The notes beneath the pieces are model-generated. The model was given only the letters and a program-made list of their open reading frames with translations. It was not told where the DNA came from and ran no database searches. A stretch of 64,000 bases of DNA from Escherichia coli (GTDB lineage Bacteria; Pseudomonadota; Gammaproteobacteria; Enterobacterales; Enterobacteriaceae). Positions 10,434 through 23,525 of this stretch are shown here, one piece after another (the first letter of the stretch is position 1; every line of letters starts with the position of its first letter). The DNA lies in NCBI RefSeq assembly GCF_003334315.1, contig NZ_QOWR01000019.1. One strand, given 5' to 3'. Made by a program: the position numbers and the translations under genes.

Positions 10434-11102
10434 TTAATTTCGCCGTTCGAATGCCAGCGCTTTGCGCTCGATCAGACGCATCATCAGCGTCAGCAGGCCG
10501 TTAACGACCAGGTAAATAATCCCTGCCGCACCGAACACCATTACATCGTAGGTGCGTCCGTACAACAACTGGCTGTATCCCATCACTTCCATCAGCGTAA
10601 TGGTGTATGCCAGAGAGGTACTTTTGAATACCAGCACCACTTCGTTGGAATAAGAAGAGAGCGAGCGTTTAAAGGCATACGGCAGCAGGATCGCCAGCGT
10701 ATCTTTTTTGCTCATTCCCAGGGCGCTACAGGACTGCCACTGACCTTCCGGGATCGCACGAATTGCACCGTAAAACAGCTGCGTGGTATACGCCGCACTA
10801 TTCAGCGACAACGCAATCAGCGCACATAACCACGGTTCTGACAACAAATGCCACAGTGCCGGATACTCCTGCAAAGTCGGAAACTGGCCCGGCCCGTAAT
10901 AAATCAGGAAGATCTGCACCAGCAGCGGCGTACCGGTAAACAGCGTGATATAACCCCGCACCAGCCACACCAGCACCGGCGTTTTCAGCGTCAGGATGAT
11001 GGTAAAAATCAATGCCAGAATCAGTGCCACAATCAGCGAGGCAACGGTTAGCGTCAGGCTGGTGTGTAGCCCTTTCATCAGTTCGGGTAAATACTCAAAC
11101 AT
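10434..11102 (-). CDS. artM: Arginine ABC transporter permease ArtM
   Basis: 222-aa membrane ORF, conserved position. Confidence 0.93.
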   Translation of the reverse strand: MFEYLPELMKGLHTSLTLTVASLIVALILALIFTIILTLKTPVLVWLVRGYITLFTGTPLLVQIFLIYYGPGQFPTLQEYPALWHLLSEPWLCALIALSLNSAAYTTQLFYGAIRAIPEGQWQSCSALGMSKKDTLAILLPYAFKRSLSSYSNEVVLVFKSTSLAYTITLMEVMGYSQLLYGRTYDVMVFGAAGIIYLVVNGLLTLMMRLIERKALAFERRN

Positions 11103-11818
11103 TAGCTGGGCCTCCGCTCAAAACGTGTCGCGCGCAGGTCAATGCGTTTGAGAATGTACTGACTGAGCAGGGTGATCACCAGGTAAATCGCCGCCGCCAC
11201 AATGTACCAGGTAAATGGTTCCTGGGTACGAGTAGCGATGCTTTTTGTTTGCAGCATTAAATCATTCACACTAATCAAACTGACCAGCGCGGTATCTTTC
11301 AGCAGCACCAGCCACTGGTTACCGAGGCCAGGCAGCGCATGACGCCACATCTGCGGCATCACCAGACGGAAAAAGATAGCCGATTTCGACAGCCCCAGCG
11401 CCTGACCAGACTCCCACTGACCCACCGGCACCGCTTTCAACGCGCCCCGAAGCGTTTGCGAGGCATAGGCGGCATACAGCAGTGACAGAGCGATGACACC
11501 ACAAAGGAACGGGCTAACGTCGAAGTTCTCAATGTCCATCTGCACTGGGATCTGCACGAACCCAAGATTGATAGTGAAGCCATCCGAAAGCGTCAGCAGC
11601 AGCTGCGAGGAGCCAAAATAGATAAACAGCACCACCAGAATTTCTGGCAGGCCACGCAGAATGGTTACCAGCGCTGAACCTGCCCACGCGACAGGACGCC
11701 ATTTTGCCGACTCCCATACCGCAAAGAACATCGCCAGCGCCAGCCCGACAATCAATGCACAAACGGCAAGGCCGACGGTCATCCCGGCGGCGCTTGCTAA
11801 AGGAAAAAATTCATTCAT
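11102..11818 (-). CDS. artQ: Arginine ABC transporter permease ArtQ
   Basis: 238-aa membrane ORF; 1-bp overlap with artM. Confidence 0.93.
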
Positions 11819-11824
11819 CAGGAA

Positions 11825-12556
11825 TTACTTCTGGAACCATTTGTTGTAGATGGTTTCGTAAGTGCCATCTTTCTTCACTTTTTCCAGCGCAGTGTTGAGT
11901 TTCTGCTGCAGCTCAGTGTTGCCCTGACGTACCGCGATGCCGAGGCCAGTGCCGAAGTAATCTTTATCGGTCACTTTGTCGCCCACCGCCGCCAGTTTCG
12001 GGTTATCTTTCAGCCACTCAGTGACCACTGCGGTGTCACCGAAGACGCCGTCGATACGCCCGTTTTGCAGATCCAGTTTTGCGTTCTGGTAGCTGTCATA
12101 CGGAACGGTAGTGATTTCCGGGTGCTTATCCATAATGAATTTCTGGTGTGTCGTCCCGTTCTGTACGCCGACTTTTTTGCCTTTCAGCTGATCAACACTG
12201 GTGTATTTGCCTTGCTGACCCACAAACAGGGCAGAGTTGTCATAGTACGGGGTGGTAAACAGCACCTGCTTTTCACGCTCCGGAGTGATATCCATGCCCG
12301 CCATCACGGCTTCTACGCGACGGAATTTCAGGCTTGGGATCAGGCTGTCAAACGCCTGGTTAGAGAAAGTGCAGGTTGCATCAATCTCTTTACACAGCGC
12401 TTGTGCCAGGTCGACGTCAAAACCAACGATCTGGTTGTTTGCATCAATCGATTCAAACGGAGGATAGGAGGCTTCGGTAGCAAAACGAATGGTTTCGGCA
12501 GCTGTGGCGGAAAGACTAAAACCTGCAATTAACGCGGCAATCAGAACTTTTTTCAT
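11825..12556 (-). CDS. artI: Arginine ABC transporter periplasmic binding protein ArtI
   Basis: 243-aa ORF with signal peptide; paralog of artJ (shared motifs such as FESIDANNQIVGFDVDLA and GMDITPER). Confidence 0.93.
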   Translation of the reverse strand: MKKVLIAALIAGFSLSATAAETIRFATEASYPPFESIDANNQIVGFDVDLAQALCKEIDATCTFSNQAFDSLIPSLKFRRVEAVMAGMDITPEREKQVLFTTPYYDNSALFVGQQGKYTSVDQLKGKKVGVQNGTTHQKFIMDKHPEITTVPYDSYQNAKLDLQNGRIDGVFGDTAVVTEWLKDNPKLAAVGDKVTDKDYFGTGLGIAVRQGNTELQQKLNTALEKVKKDGTYETIYNKWFQK

Positions 12557-12573
12557 TGTTGTTATCCCGAATC

Positions 12574-13302
12574 TTAGTGAGAGAGATAGTTTTTAAATGC
12601 TTCGGTTTGCGGCTCGGTAAAGCAGCTCGCGTCGCCTTGTTCTACGATATGACCATTTTCCATATACACCACTCGGCTGGCGGTTTTACGCGCCACTTCA
12701 ACTTCGTGGGTGACGATCACCTGGGTAATATTCGTTTCTGCCAGCTCACGAATGATGCTGACGATTTGTGCCGTAATTTCCGGGTCCAGTGCGGCGGTCG
12801 GTTCATCGAACAGCAGTACCTGCGGTTCCATCATCAACGCACGGGCAATAGCAACACGCTGCTGCTGACCACCAGAAAGATGCAGCGGGTAACGATCGCT
12901 ATAAGGTTTGAGACGCAGACGTTCCAGCAGTTTTTCTGCACGGGCCAGCGCCTGATCTTTACTCAACCCCAGTACACGGCAGGGCGCTTCAATCAGGTTT
13001 TGCTGCACGGTCAGATGCGGCCACAGGTTGTATTGCTGAAACACCATGCCAACGTTACGACGCAAATCGCGAATCGCTTTGTCAGAGGGTGTTTTGGTGA
13101 AATCGAAATGGTTGCCTGCAATGTTGAGCGTACCGGAGCGCGGCATCTCAAGCAGATTGAGTACACGCAGCAGCGAGCTTTTACCCGCGCCGCTGGGGCC
13201 AAGTAACACCAGCGTTTCGCCCTGTGGGCAATCCAGCGTGATATCGAACAGCGCCTGATGCGCGCCGTAGAAGCAATTAATGCCGTTTAATTGAATACTC
13301 AT
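12574..13302 (-). CDS. artP: Arginine ABC transporter ATP-binding protein ArtP
   Basis: ORF track 12574..13401; start set to the ATG at 13302 ([13 protein letters not shown]...), 242 aa; Walker [10 protein letters not shown]. Confidence 0.9.
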
Positions 13303-13519
13303 TGACACTCGTATACTGGCAGTCTGATAGCTATTGAGGTCGAAGATAGTACCTTTGACAGAATAATTATGCAATATTTCTGCTTTAAAAGTTAAAAGCA
13401 AAGCGCATTATTCAATAAACATAGCACAAAATAACGGGGGCGGTGGTCGGCGAGCATAAATGTCGGCATTCCTCACGAAATGCCGGACAATTTACGGGGT
13501 TTATTGGTTGATCAAGGCG

Positions 13520-14035
13520 TTAGCGATTCTCGATGGACTGACGGAGCGTACCCGCCGTGGCATGAACGCTACCGCCTAAGTAACGCACATCGTCGATGAC
13601 CCAACACTGGCCTTCCTGAATCATTAACACTTCATCCTGCCAACCCTGGTCACCCTGTTTGAGATCCACGCGCAATGGAATGTTACGGGCATCACGATTA
13701 GGGATAGTCGATGCACTGGCAACGTGGGCGCTATCTGGCAAGGTGGTTCGACTGGAGAATGGATCGTTGGTCAGTAGTTCCCGATGGTTATTATCCCGGG
13801 AGGCATCGCTAAGCAGTGTCGCCAGTTTGTCGCTCAGATAAGGGCGCAAGGCGGTGATGTCGTTGCTGCGGTGCAAAATGCGGTAGTCATAAAATTGCTG
13901 GGCCACGTTATCCGGGCCTCCTTCAACGCAAGGACCACTGCGTGTGCCGTTATCTTTATAAGCTGGAGTGACTGTGGTGCAGGCACTGAGGAGCAGTGCG
14001 CAGGGGATAAGCATTGTCAATTTGCTGTAGCGCAT
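13520..14035 (-). CDS. ybjP: Lipoprotein YbjP
   Basis: 171-aa ORF with lipoprotein signal (LLLSAC lipobox). Confidence 0.88.
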   Translation of the reverse strand: MRYSKLTMLIPCALLLSACTTVTPAYKDNGTRSGPCVEGGPDNVAQQFYDYRILHRSNDITALRPYLSDKLATLLSDASRDNNHRELLTNDPFSSRTTLPDSAHVASASTIPNRDARNIPLRVDLKQGDQGWQDEVLMIQEGQCWVIDDVRYLGGSVHATAGTLRQSIENR

Positions 14036-14160
14036 AATGATTTCCTTATAAGCGATCGCTCTGAAAGCGTTCTACGATAATAATGATATCCTTTCAATAA
14101 TAGCGTATCAGTCTGATAATGCTTTTGAGATCGAAGGCTTAGCAAACAAGGAGATCGATC

Positions 14161-14484
14161 ATGCAATTTTCTACAACCCCAACTCTGGAAGGCCAGACCA
14201 TCGTTGAATATTGCGGTGTGGTGACCGGCGAAGCGATTTTAGGTGCCAATATTTTCCGTGATTTCTTTGCCGGTATCCGCGATATCGTTGGCGGACGTTC
14301 CGGTGCGTATGAAAAAGAACTGCGTAAAGCACGGGAGATCGCCTTTGAGGAATTAGGCTCCCAGGCGCGGGCGCTGGGGGCCGATGCCGTCGTCGGTATT
14401 GATATCGACTACGAAACGGTCGGGCAAAACGGCAGTATGCTGATGGTTAGCGTCAGCGGTACGGCGGTGAAAACGCGTCGATGA
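14161..14484 (+). CDS. ybjQ: UPF0145-family protein YbjQ
   Basis: 107-aa ORF; conserved neighbour upstream of amiD. Confidence 0.88.
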
Positions 14485-15311
14485 GAAGAGTCTTCTGGCT
14501 GGTCGCTGCCGCTCTGTTATTGGCAGGGTGTGCAGGCGAAAAAGGCATTGTCGAGAAAGAGGGATATCAGCTTGATACCCGACGCCAGGCGCAGGCGGCG
14601 TATCCGCGCATTAAAGTGCTGGTGATCCACTACACCGCAGATGATTTTGATAGCTCGCTGGCGACACTGACCGATAAGCAGGTCAGCTCGCATTATCTGG
14701 TCCCTGCGGTACCACCGCGATACAACGGTAAACCGCGCATCTGGCAACTGGTGCCGGAACAAGAACTGGCCTGGCATGCGGGGATTAGCGCCTGGCGCGG
14801 GGCAACGCGCCTTAACGACACCTCTATTGGCATTGAGCTGGAAAACCGTGGCTGGCAAAAATCGGCCGGAGTGAAATATTTTGCCCCGTTTGAACCGGCA
14901 CAGATTCAGGCGCTTATTCCACTGGCGAAAGATATTATTGCCCGTTATCACATCAAGCCGGAAAACGTAGTGGCACATGCGGATATCGCACCGCAGCGCA
15001 AAGACGATCCGGGGCCATTATTTCCCTGGCAGCAACTGGCGCAGCAGGGGATTGGTGCCTGGCCGGATGCGCAGCGGGTTAACTTTTACCTTGCCGGGCG
15101 CGCGCCGCACACACCGGTAGATACCGCGTCATTGCTGGAGCTTTTGGCGCGCTACGGTTATGACGTTAAACCTGATATGACACCGCGCGAGCAGCGGCGC
15201 GTGATTATGGCATTCCAGATGCATTTCCGCCCGACGTTATATAACGGCGAAGCGGATGCAGAAACTCAGGCGATTGCCGAAGCATTGCTGGAGAAATACG
15301 GGCAGGATTAG
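14481..15311 (+). CDS. amiD: N-acetylmuramoyl-L-alanine amidase AmiD (outer-membrane lipoprotein, amidase_2 family)
   Basis: 276-aa ORF with lipobox LLAGC; ATGA overlap with the ybjQ stop. Confidence 0.92.
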
Positions 15312-16321
15312 CGCGGCAGTTTTCCGTGGTCGCGTAGCCAGGCGGCAGTTTTCTCGATACCTTCATCCAGGGTGATGACCGGCTGATAACCTAACTCTTC
15401 CTGCGCACGCGTAATATCCAGCGTAAAGTCAAAATTCAACTTGGAGACGCCGTAGTGGGTCAGCGGCGGCTCTTTTGCTGACTTGCGGCCTAAACGCTCC
15501 ATGCTGCGGGCGATCATATCCAGCATCGGGTAGGGGACGGAACGAATACGACAGTCAATATTCAACTCGTCGATCAGCTTCTGCACGATGCTGCGCAGTG
15601 TGCGATGCTCGCCGTTGGTGATGTTGTACACACGCCCGGAAGGTAGCTTATCGCAGGCTTCCTGGCTTGCCAGCCACATTGCGTGCACGGCATTTTCATA
15701 GTAGGTCATATCGACCAGCGCACTGCCGCCATGCGGTAACAGAATACTGCCGTAGTGGTGCATCATATGCGCCAGACGGGGAATAAAGACTTTATCGTGC
15801 GGTCCGAACAGACTTTGTGGGCGCAGAATAGTAAAGCGCGTTTGTGGATTCGCCTGCGAAAGCATATTGATCACTTCTTCGCTGGCTGCTTTGCTGCGGG
15901 CAAACTCGTTGGCGAAGCGGTGAGGGCGAAAATCTTCTTTAATATCGCGATGGTGGTGATAATCGAAGTACAGGGAGGGGGAAGAGATATGAATAAAGTT
16001 ACGCACACCCCAGGCGACAGCCCATTCACCCAGGCGGCGAGTGGCGCGAACGTTAGCCAGATCGAAAGCCTGTTGTGTCCCCCAGGGTGAGGTAAAGCTG
16101 GAGCAGTGCCACAGCGTATCAATGCCCGCGAGCATCACTTTAGCTTGTGATGAAACCAGCTCGGTCAGATCCGCCGGAACAAACTCTGCGCCCATTTTTT
16201 CCAGCAATTTGCCCATTGCCTCGTTGCGACCGGTCGCTCGCACGCTGATGCCTTTCTGGCATAAAAACTCTACCGCGTTTCGACCTAAGCCGCTGGTGGC
16301 GCCGGTAACCAGTACCTTCAT
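15308..16321 (-). CDS. ybjS: NAD-dependent epimerase/dehydratase-family protein YbjS
   Basis: ORF track 15308..16384; start set to the ATG at 16321 ([13 protein letters not shown], Rossmann motif), 337 aa. Confidence 0.88.
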   Translation of the reverse strand: MKVLVTGATSGLGRNAVEFLCQKGISVRATGRNEAMGKLLEKMGAEFVPADLTELVSSQAKVMLAGIDTLWHCSSFTSPWGTQQAFDLANVRATRRLGEWAVAWGVRNFIHISSPSLYFDYHHHRDIKEDFRPHRFANEFARSKAASEEVINMLSQANPQTRFTILRPQSLFGPHDKVFIPRLAHMMHHYGSILLPHGGSALVDMTYYENAVHAMWLASQEACDKLPSGRVYNITNGEHRTLRSIVQKLIDELNIDCRIRSVPYPMLDMIARSMERLGRKSAKEPPLTHYGVSKLNFDFTLDITRAQEELGYQPVITLDEGIEKTAAWLRDHGKLPR

Positions 16322-16419
16322 ATCAATCCACTGTTGTTGAGAAAATAACGTGCGCATTCTTCCGTGATTTCCCCCATGATGCAATGGGAAACATGAAAGA
16401 ATAACGCAGGTTTTGTCGA

Positions 16420-17850
16420 TTAATCTGTGCTTTGTTCTGCCAGTCTGGCGATTTGTTTTGCCATTCCGCGAAAAATAAACAGATGCGCGGGGATCATCAA
16501 TAACCAGTAAAACAGCCCCGGCATACCGTGCGGATGCCAGAAAGCGCGGACATCGATAGTACGATAGTCGCCTTTATCTTCCAGGCTAAAACACAGTCGT
16601 CCCAGCCCCGGCGCTTTCATGCCAAATAACAACGTAAGTTGTTTTTCCGGTTCAACGACAATCACTTTCCAGCTATCCACCGCATCGCCAGTCTGTAAAT
16701 ATTCGCGCTCCGGGCGGCCTTTCGCCAGCTTATGACCGATCGCGCGGTCCATCAACGCCCGTGTCTGCCACAAAATATTGCCAAAGAAATAACGCTCTTT
16801 ACCGCCGATTTGGTTCACCACCTGCCATAAAGCCGCAAGGCTGGCGGACGTTTTAACGGTAAACCCCGCCTGTTTGGCGAAATAACCGTACTCCGGTCGC
16901 CAGCGGGCAAAGGCCTGAGCGTCGTAGCCCCAGTCGCTGGAGTTGACCAGTTTTTCTTCCTCTTTCAACGTGCTACGTACCGCGTCATCGAAAGCGATCA
17001 GCCGTTGTGGGATGAGTGCACGTAGCGCGGTATCATCCGCCAGCAGATCGTGTTTCAGCCCCTGAATCAACGCCCTGGCGGTGGTGGGCGGTACGGAAGT
17101 AATCACATTGAGAAACCACACCGAAATCCAGCGGGTGGGGAGGGGGATGGGGATCAACCAGCGGCGCTTACCGCTCACCGCCATAAAATGTTCAAACTGT
17201 TGCTGATAACTGAGCACCTCTGGTCCGGCGGCTTCGAAGATGCGGTGTTCGCTGGCCGGATGATCTAACAACGCCACCAGATAGTGCAGCAAGTTTTCCA
17301 GCGCGATGGGCGTGGTGCGTGAACGTACCCAGCGTGGCGGCGTTAACACTGGCAGGTTGTAGACCATATCGCGCATGACTTCGAACGCCGCTGAACCTGC
17401 GCCAACGATAATTCCGGCCCGAAGTTCGGTCACAGGTACATTCGCTTCACGAAGAATGTCCGCCGTAGCCTGACGAGCACGCAGATGATCCGACTGCTCA
17501 TGTGGCGGGGCCTGCAACGAACTGAGAAAGATTAATTGCTTAACTGGTACTTCACGTAGCGCATCGCGGACGTTGAGAGCCACCTGGCGCTCCTGAGCGA
17601 TAAAATCGCCGCCTTCGCCCATGCTGTGCACCAGAAAATAGACGGTATCGATATCCTGCAACAGGGCCGGAAGGTTATCCGGCCAGCTGAGATCGACTTT
17701 ATGGCAACTGACGTTTGCCAGTTGCAGCTTTGCAAGCCTGTCGACATGACGTGCCGCCGCCAGGATCTGATGCCCTTGCTGGCTGAGTGTGCGCACCAGA
17801 TGCTGACCAATGTAGCCACTGGCACCGAGAACTAAAATGCGTTGCGGCAC
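16420..17850 (-). CDS. ybjT: NAD(P)-binding domain protein YbjT (with DUF2867)
   Basis: ORF track 16420..17925; start tentatively at the GTG at 17850 ([16 protein letters not shown]) preceded by GGAGAG; gives the 476 aa expected. Start choice is inference. Confidence 0.8.
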
Positions 17851-17860
17851 GTCTCTCTCC

Positions 17861-18862
17861 TTAACGCGCCAGGAATGCGCGCCAGTGGGCGGCGACTTCC
17901 GCCAGTTGTTCGCGCGAGACGTCAAGATGCGTCACCAGGCGGACAATCGGCGAGGCGTTAATCAGCACGTTTCTCGCTTTCATGTATTCGCCTAACGCGG
18001 CAGCATTTTCTTCCCCGACGCGAACAAACAGCATATTAGTGTCCTGACGCATCACATCCGCGCCTGCTTCACGCAGTTGCTCCGCCATCCAGGCGGCGTT
18101 GTCGTGATCTTCCTGCAACCGTGCGACGTTATTTTTCAGGGCATACATCCCGGCGGCAGCCAGAATCCCGGACTGACGCATCCCGCCACCGGCCATTTTC
18201 CGCCAGCGGATGGCACGTTTAATGTAATCACGATTACCGACGAGTAATGAACCGACTGGCGTCCCAAGACCTTTCGACAGGCAAATGGTGAACGAATCAC
18301 AATATTGCGTGATCTCTTTCAGTTCGCAGCCGTAAGCCACCACGGCATTAAAGATGCGCGCACCGTCAACATGCAGCGCCAGATTGCGCTCGCGGGTAAA
18401 TTCCCATGCTTCTTTCAGGTATTCACGCGGCAGCACTTTGCCGTTGTGGGTGTTTTCCAGACTGAGTAATTTGGTGCGGGCGAAATGGATATCGTCGGGT
18501 TTGATTTTCATCGCCACTTTATCCAGCGGTAGCGTGCCGTCGGCAGCCGCGTCGATGGGTTGCGGCTGAATACTGCCCAGCACCGCTGCGCCACCGGCTT
18601 CAAACAGATAGTTATGCGCGGCCTGACCGACAATATACTCTTCGCCACGTTCGCAGTGACTGAGCAGAGCGACCAGGTTGGCCTGAGTGCCGGTAGGCAG
18701 AAAAATGGCGGCTTCTTTACCGGAAAGCTCTGCTGCATAGTCCTGCAGAGCATTAACGGTAGGGTCGTCTCCGTAAACGTCGTCCCCAACCGGGGCGGCC
18801 ATCATCGCTTCGAGCATGGCGCGGCTCGGTCGGGTAACGGTATCACTGCGTAAATCAATCAT
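17861..18862 (-). CDS. ltaE: Low-specificity L-threonine aldolase LtaE
   Basis: 333-aa ORF ([13 protein letters not shown]...), recognised as LtaE. Confidence 0.93.
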   Translation of the reverse strand: MIDLRSDTVTRPSRAMLEAMMAAPVGDDVYGDDPTVNALQDYAAELSGKEAAIFLPTGTQANLVALLSHCERGEEYIVGQAAHNYLFEAGGAAVLGSIQPQPIDAAADGTLPLDKVAMKIKPDDIHFARTKLLSLENTHNGKVLPREYLKEAWEFTRERNLALHVDGARIFNAVVAYGCELKEITQYCDSFTICLSKGLGTPVGSLLVGNRDYIKRAIRWRKMAGGGMRQSGILAAAGMYALKNNVARLQEDHDNAAWMAEQLREAGADVMRQDTNMLFVRVGEENAAALGEYMKARNVLINASPIVRLVTHLDVSREQLAEVAAHWRAFLAR

Positions 18863-18898
18863 GGCATGTCCTTATTATGACGGGAAATGCCACCCTTT

Positions 18899-20617
18899 TT
18901 ACCTTAGCCAGTTCGTTTTCGCCAGTTCGATCACTTCATCGCCGCGTCCGCTGATGATTGCGCGCAACATATACAAGCTAAATCCTTTGGCCTGTTCGAG
19001 TTTGATCTGCGGTGGAATGGCTAACTCTTCTTTGGCGACCACCACATCCACCAGCACCGGACCGTCGATGGAGAAGGCGCGTTGCAGGGCTTCATCAACT
19101 TCAGACGCTTTTTCTACACGGATACCCGTAATGCCGCACGCTTCGGCAATGCGGGCAAAGTTTGTGTCGTGTAGTTCGGTGCCGTCAGTCAAATAGCCAC
19201 CAGCTTTCATCTCCATCGCCACAAAGCCCAGCACGCTGTTGTTAAAGACGACAATTTTCACTGGCAGTTTCATCTGCACTACTGAGAGGAAATCGCCCAT
19301 CAACATGCTAAAACCGCCATCGCCGCACATGGCGACCACCTGACGTTCTGGCTCTGTCGCCTGCGCACCCAGCGCCTGCGGCATGGCGTTAGCCATCGAA
19401 CCGTGGTTAAACGAACCTAACAGGCGACGCTTGCCGTTCATTTTTAGATAACGCGCTGCCCATACTGTTGGCGTGCCGACGTCACAGGTAAAGATTGCGT
19501 CATCGGCGGCAAAATGACTAATTTGCTGCGCCAGATATTGCGGGTGAATGGCTTTCTCGCTCGGTTTAGCTAAATCGTCCAGCCCTTTGCGGGCATCGCG
19601 GTAATCTTCCAGCGCTTTATCCAGAAATTTGCGATCGGCTTTTTCTTCCACCAGTGGCAGCAATGCACGCAGGGTTGATTTGATATCGCCGACCAGCGCC
19701 ATATCTACCTTGCTATGCGCGCCGATGCTGGCTGGATTGATATCAATCTGAATGATTTTGGCATCGGTCGGGTAGAAGGCGCGGTAGGGAAATTGCGTGC
19801 CGAGCAGCACTAACGTATCGGCATTCATCATAGTGTGAAAACCTGACGAGAAGCCGATTAACCCGGTCATTCCAACATCATACGGATTATCGTATTCGAC
19901 ATGTTCTTTACCGCGCAGGGCATGAACAATAGGCGCTTTAATTTTCCCGGCAAACTCAACTAACTCTTTATGCGCCCCCGCGCAGCCGCTGCCACACATC
20001 AGGGCGATATTGCTGGAATAACGCAGCAGTTGCGCCAGTTTGCGTAACTCTTCTTCTTCCGGCGTCACGACTGGTTGTGGCGCATGATACCAGTGCATGG
20101 TTACCCCTTCTGGCGCAGGTTTTAACGCCACGTCGCCTGGTAACACGACAACCGAAACGCCACGGTTAAGCACCGCTTTGCGCATGGCAATCGCCAGTAC
20201 TTGTGGGATCTGCTCCGGGCTGGAAACCAGCTCGCAATAGTGACTACATTCGCGGAATAGCTCTTGTGGGTGGGTTTCCTGGAAATAGCCGCTGCCAATT
20301 TCGCTGGAGGGAATATGAGCGGCAATCGCCAGTACCGGAACGTGATTGCGGTGGCAATCGAACAGGCCGTTGATTAAGTGCAGGTTGCCGGGGCCGCACG
20401 ATCCGGCGCAGACCGCCAGTTCTCCGCTAAGTTGTGCTTCAGCGCCAGCGGCAAAGGCCGCCACTTCTTCGTGGCGGGTGGACATCCACTCGATGGTGCC
20501 CATGCGATTAAGACTGTCACTAAGACCGTTCAGAGAGTCGCCTGTGACTCCCCAGATGCGTTTCACCCCTGCCGATTCGAGTGTTTTGGCGATATAAGCT
20601 GCAACCGTTTGTTTCAT
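18899..20617 (-). CDS. poxB: Pyruvate oxidase (ubiquinone-dependent, ThDP/FAD) PoxB
   Basis: 572-aa ORF ([24 protein letters not shown]...), recognised as PoxB. Confidence 0.95.
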   Translation of the reverse strand: MKQTVAAYIAKTLESAGVKRIWGVTGDSLNGLSDSLNRMGTIEWMSTRHEEVAAFAAGAEAQLSGELAVCAGSCGPGNLHLINGLFDCHRNHVPVLAIAAHIPSSEIGSGYFQETHPQELFRECSHYCELVSSPEQIPQVLAIAMRKAVLNRGVSVVVLPGDVALKPAPEGVTMHWYHAPQPVVTPEEEELRKLAQLLRYSSNIALMCGSGCAGAHKELVEFAGKIKAPIVHALRGKEHVEYDNPYDVGMTGLIGFSSGFHTMMNADTLVLLGTQFPYRAFYPTDAKIIQIDINPASIGAHSKVDMALVGDIKSTLRALLPLVEEKADRKFLDKALEDYRDARKGLDDLAKPSEKAIHPQYLAQQISHFAADDAIFTCDVGTPTVWAARYLKMNGKRRLLGSFNHGSMANAMPQALGAQATEPERQVVAMCGDGGFSMLMGDFLSVVQMKLPVKIVVFNNSVLGFVAMEMKAGGYLTDGTELHDTNFARIAEACGITGIRVEKASEVDEALQRAFSIDGPVLVDVVVAKEELAIPPQIKLEQAKGFSLYMLRAIISGRGDEVIELAKTNWLR

Positions 20618-20749
20618 GGTTCTCCATCTCCTGAATGTGATAACGGTAACAAGTTTAGTTCATCTGACGGAGGGGGAAGGGATGGGAGAGAAAGGAGGCA
20701 CTAACGGTTAAATAGCCCGATGAAAGGAATATCATCGGGCATAAGGCGA

Positions 20750-21718
20750 TTATGCGAGAACCAAATCCCCCTGCGGATGGCAGGAGCAGGCCAGTACGTA
20801 ACCTTCAGCGATTTCGGCGTCGGTCAGCGTCATTGTGCTGCTCACCGTATATTCACCGGAAACCACTTTTGTCTTACAGCAGCCGCAAACACCCGCACGG
20901 CAGGCAGCGACAACCGGAACGTTATTGCTTTCCAGCGCCTCCAGTAGCGTGGTGCCAACCGGGGCGTAAAATTCTCGTGCCGGTTGCAGTTTGGTGAATT
21001 TCAGACCGCTGGTCGCCGCTTCTGCTACTGGGGTGAAGAATTTCTCTTTAAAGAAACGCGTCACGCCGAGCGCTTTCACTTCCTGCTCTACCCAATCCAT
21101 ATACGGAGCCGGGCCGCAGGTCATCACGGTACGTGAAGCTAAGTCAGGTACACCTGCCAGCAGTTCGCGAGTGAGACGACCAGCGATAAAGCCTTCGGTA
21201 ACGTTATTTTCTGCCACCAGCGTTACCGGATAGTTACGCCACTCATCGGCGAAAATAACATCCTGCGGCGTACGCACGTTGTAGATCACCCGCACATCGG
21301 CCTGTGGACGGTTCTTCGCAAGCCAGCGACGCATCGACATAATCGGCGTGACGCCGCAGCCTGCCGCCAGCAACAGGAATTTATCTTCTGCTTTATCGTC
21401 GCAGGTAAATTCCCCCATCGCGTCCGAAAGCCAGAGATAATCACCGCGTTTTACATCGCGCGTCAGCCACTGGGAGCCGACACCGTCATCAATCCGCCGC
21501 ACGGTCAGGGTGATATATTCACTCACGCCTGGCGTGGAGGAAATGGTGTAAGCACGCAGCGTTTCCGCTGAGTTTCGCACGCTGACCAGTGCATATTGCC
21601 CGGCGCGATATGGGTAGTAATCGTGGCAAATCAGGGAAATCGTCCACACATCCGGCGTTTCTTGCGTAATGTGATGAACCTGCATCCGCCACGGGCATTG
21701 ATTCGTTGGCATCGTCAT
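20750..21718 (-). CDS. hcr: NADH oxidoreductase for hybrid-cluster protein Hcr (FAD plus 2Fe-2S)
   Basis: ORF track 20750..21724; start placed at the third Met (MTMPTNQ...) for 322 aa; C-terminal Cys cluster CRAGVCGCC. Confidence 0.88.
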   Translation of the reverse strand: MTMPTNQCPWRMQVHHITQETPDVWTISLICHDYYPYRAGQYALVSVRNSAETLRAYTISSTPGVSEYITLTVRRIDDGVGSQWLTRDVKRGDYLWLSDAMGEFTCDDKAEDKFLLLAAGCGVTPIMSMRRWLAKNRPQADVRVIYNVRTPQDVIFADEWRNYPVTLVAENNVTEGFIAGRLTRELLAGVPDLASRTVMTCGPAPYMDWVEQEVKALGVTRFFKEKFFTPVAEAATSGLKFTKLQPAREFYAPVGTTLLEALESNNVPVVAACRAGVCGCCKTKVVSGEYTVSSTMTLTDAEIAEGYVLACSCHPQGDLVLA

Positions 21719-21729
21719 CGACAAACTCC

Positions 21730-23382
21730 TTACGCGCTCAACAGTTGCTTCATGTCTTCTTCAACAGTGGTGATAGAACGCAGGCCGAATTTCTCGTTCA
21801 GCACCGCCAGCAGGTCTGGTGTCAGGAAACCAGGTGCAGTCGGGCCGGTGACGATATTTTTCACGCCCAGAGAAAGCAGCGTCAGCAGAATGACGATCGC
21901 TTTCTGTTCAAACCAGGAGAGCACCAGCGACAGCGGCAGATCGTTGACACCGCAGCCCAGTTTCTCTGCCAGAGTGACAGCCAGAATAATCGCTGAGTAA
22001 GCATCGTTACATTGACCTGCATCTACCAGACGCGGCAGACCTTCGATATCGCCAAACTCAAGTTTGTTAAAGCGATATTTACCACAGGCGAGGGTCAGGA
22101 TCAGGCAGTCATCCGGCACGCTGGTGGCGAAATCGGTGAAGTAGTGGCGCTCGCCGCGTGCGCCGTCACAGCCACCAAGCAGGAAGATATGACGCAGTTT
22201 TTCACGGCTCACCAGATCAATCAGCGTATCAGCAGCGCCAAGCAGCGTCTGGCGACCAAAACCCACGGTGATAAGGTGCGGAATTTCGCTGTACGGGAAG
22301 CCTGCCATCTGTTGCGCCTGGGTGATAACCGCAGAGAAATCATCACCGTCCAGATGACGCACGCCAGGCCAGCCAACAATGCTGCGGGTCCAGATACGAT
22401 CGTCATAAGCGCCTACGGTTGGGTCGATGATGCAGTTCGAGGTCATCACGATGGGGCCAGGGAAACGAGCGAACTCCACTTGCTGATTCTGCCAGCCGCT
22501 GCCGTAGTTACCGACCAGATGCTTGAATTTACGCAGCTCCGGGTAGCCATGCGCAGGCAGCATTTCGCCGTGGGTGTAGACATTAACGCCCGTGCCTTCG
22601 GTCTGTTCCAGCAGGTTGTAGAGATCTTTGAGATCGTGACCGGAAATCAGAATGCATTTACCCGCCGTCGCTTTGACGTTGACCTGGGTTGGCGTCGGGT
22701 GACCGTATTTACCGGTTTCGCCTGCATCCAGAATGCTCATCACTTTGAAGTTCATCTGGCCGATTTCCATTGAACACTCAAGAAGCGCGTTCATATCGGC
22801 AGGCCAGGTCCCCAGCCACGCCATGATTTTATGGTACTGGGCATAAATATCGTTGTCGTATTGACCGAGAACATGCGCGTGTTCCATATAGGCCGCCGCA
22901 CCTTTCAGGCCATACAGGCACAGCAGACGCAGGCCGAGAATGTTTTCGCCAATCGCCGCTTTATCTTTGTTAGGGGTAAATTCTGCTGCCTGACGTTGCA
23001 GCTCGCCGAGATCGTCGCTCACCAGTTGCAGGTCAGCCATCGGGTTATCGACGCGCGCGTTGGCATCTACAGCCAGGCATTGCGCTTTCAGCGCCTCGCG
23101 CAGGGCAATCGCTTCACGAGCGTAGCCGACAATACGCGGAGAATCGAAGTTAACGTTGGTCAGGGTTGAGAAAAAGGCACGTGGCGCGAAGCTGTCAACA
23201 TCGTGGTTGATGATGCCGTATTCACGCGCTTTTACCGCCCAGGCAGAAAGCCCTTGCAGCGCCGCGATGAGTAAATCCTGAAGGTCAGAAGTTTCCGCCG
23301 TTTTACCACACATCCCCTGCGCGTATGAGCAGCCGTTTCCTGCCGGAGTACGGATAGTTTGTTCACATTGCACACAAAACAT
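21730..23382 (-). CDS. hcp: Hybrid-cluster protein Hcp (hydroxylamine reductase)
   Basis: ORF track 21730..23388; start set to the ATG at 23382 (MFCVQCEQT...), 550 aa. Confidence 0.93.
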
Positions 23383-23525
23383 GATCACACCTTTTAAAGT
23401 TATATTTAATATACATGTTTAAGGTTAAGACGCTTAACGCGGGGATAAAAGGGATTTTTCATGCAACTTTAAGGGAGATTGATTTAGCGCAATTTTGGCG
23501 GCAGGGATCTACCGCCAGAGAGGTA

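Noticed and set aside
22012-22773. 253-aa antisense ORF within hcp (similar cases at 50854..51810 in dmsA and 12065..12532 in artI)
   Set aside because: These lie entirely inside well-supported genes on the opposite strand, with no independent start context; typical shadow ORFs.
23383-23525. Possible FNR half-site (TTGATTTAGCGCAA) and palindrome GGTTAAGACGCTTAACG in the hcp promoter region
   Set aside because: Only one half-site matches consensus and I cannot place it relative to a transcription start, so it is not reported as a feature.
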